This document shows positions 25,523-33,142 of a DNA stretch of 52,486 bases, piece after piece (the first letter of the stretch is position 1; each line of letters opens with the position of its first letter). Position numbers and translations under genes: made by a program. The notes below the pieces were generated by a model. That model saw only the letters and a program-made list of their open reading frames with translations. It had not been told where the DNA came from and ran no database searches. The DNA comes from a virus (taxonomy: Duplodnaviria; Caudoviricetes). Location: positions 1-52,486 of the IMG/VR virus record IMGVR_UViG_3300037070_006243, one strand, 5' to 3'.

Positions 25523-26071
25523 ATGATTATCGGAATCGCCGGGACCAAGGGCTCGGGGAAGGATACTATCGCGCTGCAATTGAAGAAGGAATATGAGTTC
25601 CACCATATCAAGTTCGCGGAACCGCTTAAGGAAATGCTTCGGGTTATCTTACAATATCGCGGAGCAAGTTTGCTCATGATCGACGCCATGCTAGAAGGGG
25701 ATCGGAAGGAGGTTCCGTCCGAATACTTCAGCGGACGTACTCCCCGCCACGCCATGCAAACCCTTGGAACTGAGTGGGGGAGGAACTGCATCGCCTCTGA
25801 TCTTTGGACTTCCATCGCCGCCGAGCGCACAGCGGCATTTGCAAAATTTGCAAACGTCGTGATCTCCGACATAAGGTTTCCGAATGAGGTGGAATGTGTG
25901 CATAAGCTCGGCGGAGAGGTTTGGCGGGTCATCCGCGATATGTCTCACCCCGCGGATCAGCATCCTTCGGAGATTCAGGTCGCAGGTCTTCACTGTGACT
26001 ACACTATCTACAACCTCGGCACGCTCGAACAACTCTATACAAAGATCACCAACCTTATGGTAAAGCCATGA
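25523..26071 (+). CDS. Deoxynucleoside monophosphate kinase (T4 gp1-like)
   Basis: IIGIAGTKGSGKDT, FAEPLKE, TPRHAMQTLGTEWGR, ISDIRFPNE, HPSE. Confidence 0.9.
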   Translation: MIIGIAGTKGSGKDTIALQLKKEYEFHHIKFAEPLKEMLRVILQYRGASLLMIDAMLEGDRKEVPSEYFSGRTPRHAMQTLGTEWGRNCIASDLWTSIAAERTAAFAKFANVVISDIRFPNEVECVHKLGGEVWRVIRDMSHPADQHPSEIQVAGLHCDYTIYNLGTLEQLYTKITNLMVKP

Positions 26072-26406
26072 TCTACCTCGCATCCCCCTACTCCAACCCC
26101 GATTTGGCAAAGATGCAACTCCGTTACGAGGTCGTTCGCGATCTAACCGCGAAACTTCTCAAGCGAGAGATATGGGTCTATTCCCCAATCGTACATTGCC
26201 ACGACCTTGCCGAACATAACGAAATGCCGAAGTCGTCCGAGTTCTGGTACAACTACAATGTGCATATGATGAGCCTCGCCGAACAGCTTTGGGTTCTTTA
26301 CATGGAGGGCACGGAAGAATCCAAAGGCATCGCCGGTGAAATCGCATGGTGGGAGGCTAACCGGTCTAAAGATACCCTCTCCTTCATCGTCGCCGACGCA
26401 TGGTAA
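26068..26406 (+). CDS. DUF1937-family protein (nucleoside 2'-deoxyribosyltransferase-like fold)
   Basis: MIYLASPYS...VYSPIVHCH...W...ESKGIAGEI. Confidence 0.8.
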   Translation: MIYLASPYSNPDLAKMQLRYEVVRDLTAKLLKREIWVYSPIVHCHDLAEHNEMPKSSEFWYNYNVHMMSLAEQLWVLYMEGTEESKGIAGEIAWWEANRSKDTLSFIVADAW

Positions 26407-27950
26407 GGGTAATCTCCACCGAAGACCTCCAACCCGGCCGGGCGATGGAGTCGTCCGACCTAACTTCATGGGTGTACAACGGGCTGGATTGCTGCGTTAC
26501 GCTGGAGATATACGATAGCTTAATCCCCCTCCTCGATCCACAAACAGTCGCCACCTACGAACTGGAAAAGGAACTCCAAGGCCCCGTCCTCGACATGAAT
26601 ATGTCCGGTATGCTCGTCGACAAACAAGAGTTGATGGAAGCTATCGGCTACATGACGGGACTTATTAACACCTACGAGCGGAACCTGAACCGCCTCTTCA
26701 CCGAAGGGTATGGGTTTGAAATAAACTGGCGCTCTCCGCAGCAACTCCAAACCTTCCTCTACGACTTCCTAAAACTCCCCCCGATTCGCAAGCGCAACGC
26801 CAAGGGCGGGTATTCCCGCACTGCCGACCGCGACGCGCTTGAGCGTCTTTCGATCTACCCCATCGTCTCCCCCGTCTGCGAGCATATGTTCGCGTTGCGA
26901 GATATGGCGAAGAAACTCGGCTTCCTTCAAACGGACATAGACACCGATGGATACATCCGCTCTTCCTATAACATCGCAGGTACAACCACGGGACGGCTGG
27001 CATCCGCGGAGTCCGCATTCGAAACCGGAAGCAATCTCCAAAATGTTGACCGACTACTGCGTCGTATCCTCATCGCTCCGGCGGGAAAGAAAATCTGTAC
27101 CATTGACTTGGAACAGGCAGACTCCCGTAATGTGGGGGCAATGTGTTGGAATAAGTTTCTCGCTGAACACGGATCCGCCTTCGCCGGGAGTTATCTGGGC
27201 GCGTGTGAGTCTGGAGACCTACATACCTCAGTTGTTCGAATGGGATGGCGAGATCTTAATTGGGGCGATGACGAACGGAACTTCCGTGCTGTTGCTGACG
27301 AAAACGCGTATCGAGATTATTCCTACCGGGACTTGGCTAAAAAGCTTGGACATGGTTCCAACTACTATGGCCAACCACCGACTATGGCAAAACACTCAAA
27401 ACTCCCTGTTGCTGTTGCAACGGATTTCCAAGCACTCTATTTTGAGGCATTTCCGTGTATTCCTCTCGGACATAAATGGGTTGAACGCGAGCTTAAGGCT
27501 GGTCGTCCTTTGGACACCCTTTTCGGACGGCGCCGCCGATTTTTTGGCGACCCAAACGACGATAAGACGCTTCGAGATGCGATCGCGTTCGTTGGACAAG
27601 GAAGCACCGCCGACGAAGCCAACCGCGGACTTCTTATGGTATGGAGGCAATGCAAAAGATTCCCCGGATTTCAGCTGATTGCGCAGGACCACGACTCGGT
27701 TTCCTTCTACTACGATGAAGAGACGGAGGATGAAATCGTTCCCTTCGCGTTGAAGTGTATGGAGGTTCATACCTACCTAGCCGGGGATCGGCCATTCTAC
27801 GTCCCCGGCGAGGCCAAGGTTGGATGGAACCGCGGAGACTACAGTGACTCCCCCGGAAAAAGACTAAACCTAGATGGAATGAAAAAATGGAAGAACGGGG
27901 ACTCGCGCAAGCGACAAGTCGGGCCGCGAGCAGCGTACAGCCTGAGGTAA
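26400..27950 (+). CDS. polA: Family A DNA polymerase (ExoIII + polymerase domain)
   Basis: YNGLD (ExoIII), NWRSPQQL, GTTTGRLAS, NLQNV, IDLEQADSR (A), GDLH, AKKLGHGSNYYG (B), TLFGRRR, QDHDS (C). Confidence 0.92.
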   Translation: MVRVISTEDLQPGRAMESSDLTSWVYNGLDCCVTLEIYDSLIPLLDPQTVATYELEKELQGPVLDMNMSGMLVDKQELMEAIGYMTGLINTYERNLNRLFTEGYGFEINWRSPQQLQTFLYDFLKLPPIRKRNAKGGYSRTADRDALERLSIYPIVSPVCEHMFALRDMAKKLGFLQTDIDTDGYIRSSYNIAGTTTGRLASAESAFETGSNLQNVDRLLRRILIAPAGKKICTIDLEQADSRNVGAMCWNKFLAEHGSAFAGSYLGACESGDLHTSVVRMGWRDLNWGDDERNFRAVADENAYRDYSYRDLAKKLGHGSNYYGQPPTMAKHSKLPVAVATDFQALYFEAFPCIPLGHKWVERELKAGRPLDTLFGRRRRFFGDPNDDKTLRDAIAFVGQGSTADEANRGLLMVWRQCKRFPGFQLIAQDHDSVSFYYDEETEDEIVPFALKCMEVHTYLAGDRPFYVPGEAKVGWNRGDYSDSPGKRLNLDGMKKWKNGDSRKRQVGPRAAYSLR

Positions 27951-27952
27951 GG

Positions 27953-29128
27953 GTGACAGACTGGCTAACCGCTTTCGCCGGGTTAACGCAGAGCTTGAAG
28001 ACACCGGACCTTTTTAAAAGATGGTCCGGTGTTTTCACGTTAGGCGCGGCTATGCAAAGGCGGGTATGGCTCCTATCCGATTCACGAGAGGTATTCCCCA
28101 ACCTATATGTATTCCTCTGCGCCCCGCCGGCGACTGGTAAGGGAGTTGCACTCGATCCGTGTACGGACCTTCTTACATCCCTCGAAGATCACTTCGTTGG
28201 TACTCGAAGCATGACCGCGGCGGCGCTCGCGGATGAGATAAACGAAGCAACGGTGTCCATCTTTGTGAACGGCGAGGGTGTGCAGTTCAACCCTCTTACA
28301 ATTATATCCGACGAGCTTGGCGTTTTTCTCCCCGTCTACGACGCGATTATGATGTCGCGCCTTACCGATGTTTACGACTGTAAGGGGTACTCCGAACGCA
28401 CCCGAGGCGGGGATCGCATCACCGTAGACAAAGCTCACCTATCCCTGATCGCCGGTTGCACTCCGGCACGACTCCAAAACATGCTCCCCGACGGTGCCTG
28501 GAACGAGGGTTTCATGTCCCGCGTAATCTTAGTCTACGGAAGCTTTGATGAAAACCGAATGATTTCTGAAGAACGATCTAACTACTCTCCGGGTATGTTC
28601 AACGTTCTTCGGGATGAATTAATATCCCGCACCTCACGCTATGGCCGGGTGCGATGGTCCGCCGAAGGCTTAGAGGCCGCGAATGTGTGGATGCGAGCCA
28701 AAATGGCACCGCGCCCACAGCATCCAAAACTCGTCTTCTACAACGGACGACGACATTGGAACTTTATGAAGCTAGTTCTAATCTTCTGCATATCCAGAAA
28801 CGGAGACCTCGTAAACGCAGATGATGTACTGAATGCGCAGGACCTACTATTGGAAACCGAGACGTACATGTCCGATGCGTTCAAAGCGATGCGTTCGGGC
28901 GGGGATCAAGAGGTCATGGAAGAACTCTACCACTGGCTATACACGCTCGGGGTCAAAGATAACCAACCCCGAGCACGTATGTATCTTGTCCGATTCCTCG
29001 CCGAACGCGTCCCTGCTCATGCTATTGAGAGGATCATCCTCGCCATGCTTGGAGGAGGAATGATAACAGAGGAACAGGTGAAGAATATCGGCCCGTGCTA
29101 CCGCGCAGCAAAGTTGGATATAGAATGA
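27953..29128 (+). CDS. DUF3987/YfjI-like P-loop ATPase (putative replicative helicase), no primase domain
   Basis: FPNLYVFLCAPPATGKG Walker A, IISDELGVF Walker B, GFMSRVILV; GTG start after GAGG. Confidence 0.75.
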   Translation: MTDWLTAFAGLTQSLKTPDLFKRWSGVFTLGAAMQRRVWLLSDSREVFPNLYVFLCAPPATGKGVALDPCTDLLTSLEDHFVGTRSMTAAALADEINEATVSIFVNGEGVQFNPLTIISDELGVFLPVYDAIMMSRLTDVYDCKGYSERTRGGDRITVDKAHLSLIAGCTPARLQNMLPDGAWNEGFMSRVILVYGSFDENRMISEERSNYSPGMFNVLRDELISRTSRYGRVRWSAEGLEAANVWMRAKMAPRPQHPKLVFYNGRRHWNFMKLVLIFCISRNGDLVNADDVLNAQDLLLETETYMSDAFKAMRSGGDQEVMEELYHWLYTLGVKDNQPRARMYLVRFLAERVPAHAIERIILAMLGGGMITEEQVKNIGPCYRAAKLDIE

Positions 29129-32100
29129 CTAATCCCTCGTCTCAGGAAGCCCCGATGATTCAGCAACCTTTTGAAACGCTTGTCGAGCCCAGATTATATT
29201 GTTGTATGGAGTCAATTGACGTACTGTATTCGCAGTTGATTGAGTTGGAGAATCAACTTCACTCACAAGTTTCAGCGCTCGATTTAATGTGGTATACGAC
29301 GGACCTGCGACGGAACCTAGAACGTTCCCGGCAAACCTTCGGTCAGTACCTTCATCGGATACGGTTAGGTAATCTCTCGTCCCCGGAATCGCCTGACCAA
29401 TCTTCATCGCCTGCGCAAACACCCCAAGGAACGGAGAGCGAGCAATTATCTCATCCGCCCACTTGTCATAGTCCTGATTCTGAGCTTCTTCCCACTCACC
29501 ACGAGCCATTTTATCCACAGCATAACTCAATGCCCCAAGGGCCGTCCCAACTAAAATACCCTCAAGTACCGCCGAGTCCCGCTGCTGAAGACCCGCCATC
29601 AAAACCTTAGTATTGGACGACCACATGAAACTCTGGAACTGGAATAGAAGCTTATGCCCCATCGACGCGTCGACAAAGAGCGCTCGCTCCAATCCAGGAG
29701 TAACAATCGTCCCCTCAACTTGGGAGAGAATCGCAGCGCGGAATGCCTCCACCGCCCCGGGATCATCCCATGATTGTGTGTTGGGAACCCAGAGATCGCC
29801 GCTCTGAACCAACCCGCCATTATCCTGTTGCCGCCAAATCCTTTCAGCGAGGTCACCGTCGATATGAGCATAAGCCAGAGTTTCCCGAGCTTCAGCCTGC
29901 GACATCCACCGCTTATTCCCGGTCATAACCGCGTCGAGTGCGTCAAGTATTTTCCCGGCAGCGACCGGCGTGACCCACTGTTTCATTATCTGCGTCCATT
30001 GAGAGTACAACCCAACCACGCCTATCTTATTTGCAAGGAACTCTGCGCCTTTTTCAAAACTGTTCCGCCGCCCAGTATCTTCCATAAGATCGGCGACTTG
30101 GTAGAAATGGTTTTGAAGAAGCATATCATTCATACCGTTGTAGAGAGCCTCCCGCTGCGCGAAGCGAAGGTTTTTCAAATCAGTGATATATGGCTTCAAC
30201 GCATGTCGCCAAACACGTCGGAAGCCGTACTTGTAAACGGCAATAGCGGGGTCTACGAGGGATGGCGCAAGAACATTGCCCATCATGGTGAGCACGTTCC
30301 ATTGCTGGAGCAGCCTACCCCCGCGATAGAGGTACGAATCCGGATCAGCAGGAACCGCGCGCTGATGTCGGAGTCGCTGGACCTGCCCGACGAAAGCCTG
30401 CTCTGTCTTCACCGCCTCCCGTTGGAGTCGATCCTGTTCCGCTTCTTTCTGTTTCGGGTCAAGATCCTCTCTGGCACCAATTCTCTGCCGCTCACGTTCG
30501 TAGACTTTCCGGATCTTTTCGATCGCGACCGAGCCGTTAAGACCCATCCCGGCTTTGGTCAGTTCGACGTCTGGAACGACGTTGCGGGCGTAGATACGGA
30601 TTAGCTTGTCCATATCCGATTCGAGGTAACGCATCTTTTCTTCGATAGGAATGTCCAGGGTGCGGAGTTGTTCAGCCCCGCGTTCTGCACCTAGGTCGAG
30701 GGAAACTACGCGAGTTGGATCACCGATGATCTTTTGTCGGGTGATTTGGGCGTATTCTTTTCCACCGACAGAGAAGTCAACCGTCCCGTCATCGTTAATC
30801 GTACCGCCGTTCTTTCGCACCCACTCGGTCATATCCTCATTTCGGCGGACGATGTTGGACTCTATCTCTCCAATCTTCGCCTTGGACAGTGCGGGGTCGA
30901 GTTTGGCGTGAACCGGAAACAACCGCGCCTTCGCGACTGCAAGCTGCTCCTGCCGCGCGAAAATATCCGCGTTTACATCATGGAACCATTCCTCGATCTG
31001 GGTCCGGGCGAACTCCGGTCCTTCTAGATGCGCATCGTCTAGCATCTGCCGAAGCTCTGCGAGGTGGGCGGACTTTGATTCCCGTCGCATACCGGAGACG
31101 GTTTTGGTCGGATCGAACTCGGTCCCATCCGCCTTCAACCCGTGCTTTAGTTCCAATCGCTCGAGGTCGGCGTCGAGGATGGAGATCTCTGTCTCCAAAT
31201 CCTTCACGTCCCGGATCAGGGACTTCAATCCTACGGCGTAGGCTTTATCTGAAAGTCCCTTCCGATCCTTGATAAACGAGGCCGCTTTCGCCGCAGTCCG
31301 CCGAAGTGCAGCGATCGCGGTTTCTTCGATCTCCTCCATCCGCTCAACCACGCGCTGTTGGCGAACCTCAAGTCGGCCAACAGCACGGGAGAGGAGTGTT
31401 GACCGCCGCCGCTTCCGGTTATCCGCGGCGATCATCGCGCGGTCCATCGGATTCAGGCGAGATTCAATATTCTTAATCCGGTCCTTAATCTCATGTTCGA
31501 GGCCGGCACGGAATGGACGCGCGGACGGACCAACGAGGTCCACCCCCTCACCTTCCGCGATCTGCTGTTGCACCTGCCGAAGCTGGCGCTTGAGCATCGC
31601 ACGTTCTTCCGCCAGCTCTCCCGCCTTAGTTTTGGCAAACTCTTCCCGTTGCGTGCGGATTTCCGCCTGAATCTCCGACACATCTTCATCCGTCCGAGAG
31701 AGGTCTTTAATATCCTCCTTCGCCCCGGTCTCAAACGTCTTTGCCTTCTGGAGTCGCCTGGCATACTCCATCGCCATCTTCTTCTGGTACGACTCCATAA
31801 TCAATTGATCGAACCCGGTCGGGTCTTTGATAATCGCGTTCTTGTTGTAGATATGGGTGAGGTAGAACGCTGCGCCGACAATATCGTCCTCGGCCAAATC
31901 TTTTGGAAGGAGTTCGTTCTCCTGAAGCTCCTTGAATAGCGGGGTGTAAAACTCATCCCGCAAGCGCGTGGCCAGTTCCCGAACTTCGGGGAGCGCCGAC
32001 GGCTGCGGCCGCTGCATTTCAAGAAACACCTGCTCGTTGAACTGCCGGCGGGAGAGCTTGCCTCCATGCGGGACAACTCCGAGCCACTCTGCGCGGGTAC

Positions 32101-33142
32101 GATCGAGGTAGTTTAGCTTTTCCTTACCCGTCTCATACTTCCCATACGCATCGTTGATGGCCTGTTGGCCCTTCTGAATATACGTCCGCATATTCAACTC
32201 AGTCTTAGACTCTACCGTCCCGCCCTTGGCGTATACCTCACCATCCGCCTGCGCCTTAAAATGCAACCCTCCATCCGCGAGCGTGGCTTGAATACCGCGA
32301 ACTTCTGGGATTTCACTAACCAAGGCTTGGAGAGATGATGCCTTGATCATCAACCGCATGGATTTATCCATGATCTTTCGGCCAACAGATGCCTCGGCGA
32401 ACTCCTCTTTCGAGAGAACGTCTTTCAGAAATCCGGGGTCCTGGGTTGGGTTCAGCCGTTTATTCGCAACCGCCGCACCAACACCTTCCGTCTCCCCGAT
32501 CCCGGGAAGCGCGGCCGAGTCCCAACCGCCGATCCGCCGTCCCTCTTGTCTGCCGTAGTTCTGCGCAGCGGCAACCATTTCCCTCGGCGACAGCGCCGAC
32601 ACCGCCACACCCAACACCCCGCCAAGCGCAGCGGTCGCGAGGATATTCGCCCGGCTTTCCGCCGCCGTCCGCGTTAGCTGATTCGCCGAGAGCACCGCCT
32701 CATCAATCGCTGCTGAACTTCCAGCCAGCGCTGCCACCGCACCAATTCCGCGTAATCCGCGTCCAACCGCCCCAAACGGGACAAAGGTCGAGGGAGAGAA
32801 GATTCCAGCCGCAAAGTTCGTGGCGAAACCTGTAAAGCCGCTAGCCGCAAGAATCGCTCGACGCTTCTCCTCTTCCCGAAGCCGAGCTTCTGTATCGAGG
32901 GCCTCGCCCCGGCTTCGCACATCTTGGAACAGATTTTGATATGGTACGAGGTCAGGCCGCTCCTGAAAGAAGTCGTAGAGAGTGAACTTCGGGTCTGGTT
33001 TGAAATCATTAGCGGACAACATATCGAACATATTGACGAACCCCGACTCCTGTTTGAAGGAGGCGTCGAGGGTTTCGCCGAAGGAATAAGCGGGTTCTGA
33101 GGTGCGCGGTCCATAGAGGGGCTTCGGTTGAAAATCGACCAT
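29129..33142 (-). CDS. Large internal virion (ejection) protein
   Basis: 1337 aa, helical/coiled-coil, last of three T7 gp14-16-like genes. Confidence 0.75.
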   Translation of the reverse strand: MVDFQPKPLYGPRTSEPAYSFGETLDASFKQESGFVNMFDMLSANDFKPDPKFTLYDFFQERPDLVPYQNLFQDVRSRGEALDTEARLREEEKRRAILAASGFTGFATNFAAGIFSPSTFVPFGAVGRGLRGIGAVAALAGSSAAIDEAVLSANQLTRTAAESRANILATAALGGVLGVAVSALSPREMVAAAQNYGRQEGRRIGGWDSAALPGIGETEGVGAAVANKRLNPTQDPGFLKDVLSKEEFAEASVGRKIMDKSMRLMIKASSLQALVSEIPEVRGIQATLADGGLHFKAQADGEVYAKGGTVESKTELNMRTYIQKGQQAINDAYGKYETGKEKLNYLDRTRAEWLGVVPHGGKLSRRQFNEQVFLEMQRPQPSALPEVRELATRLRDEFYTPLFKELQENELLPKDLAEDDIVGAAFYLTHIYNKNAIIKDPTGFDQLIMESYQKKMAMEYARRLQKAKTFETGAKEDIKDLSRTDEDVSEIQAEIRTQREEFAKTKAGELAEERAMLKRQLRQVQQQIAEGEGVDLVGPSARPFRAGLEHEIKDRIKNIESRLNPMDRAMIAADNRKRRRSTLLSRAVGRLEVRQQRVVERMEEIEETAIAALRRTAAKAASFIKDRKGLSDKAYAVGLKSLIRDVKDLETEISILDADLERLELKHGLKADGTEFDPTKTVSGMRRESKSAHLAELRQMLDDAHLEGPEFARTQIEEWFHDVNADIFARQEQLAVAKARLFPVHAKLDPALSKAKIGEIESNIVRRNEDMTEWVRKNGGTINDDGTVDFSVGGKEYAQITRQKIIGDPTRVVSLDLGAERGAEQLRTLDIPIEEKMRYLESDMDKLIRIYARNVVPDVELTKAGMGLNGSVAIEKIRKVYERERQRIGAREDLDPKQKEAEQDRLQREAVKTEQAFVGQVQRLRHQRAVPADPDSYLYRGGRLLQQWNVLTMMGNVLAPSLVDPAIAVYKYGFRRVWRHALKPYITDLKNLRFAQREALYNGMNDMLLQNHFYQVADLMEDTGRRNSFEKGAEFLANKIGVVGLYSQWTQIMKQWVTPVAAGKILDALDAVMTGNKRWMSQAEARETLAYAHIDGDLAERIWRQQDNGGLVQSGDLWVPNTQSWDDPGAVEAFRAAILSQVEGTIVTPGLERALFVDASMGHKLLFQFQSFMWSSNTKVLMAGLQQRDSAVLEGILVGTALGALSYAVDKMARGEWEEAQNQDYDKWADEIIARSPFLGVFAQAMKIGQAIPGTRDYLTVSDEGTDRRFAGNVLGSVAGPSYTTLNRALKLVSEVDSPTQSTANTVRQLTPYNNIIWARQAFQKVAESSGLPETRD

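Noticed and set aside
25500-26430. Intron, intein or ribosomal bypass joining the polymerase halves (TED appears near the end of one ORF and the start of the other)
   Set aside because: The gap is filled by two intact metabolic genes, there are no intein or intron hallmarks, and the TED codons differ
20936-27950. Z-genome (2-aminoadenine) pathway
   Set aside because: MazG-like and unusual PolA are present, but no PurZ or HD-family DatZ is recognisable
29095-29610. 171-aa + strand ORF after the ATPase
   Set aside because: Fully antisense to the 1337-aa virion gene, low-complexity Pro/Ser/Gln tail, no clear RBS
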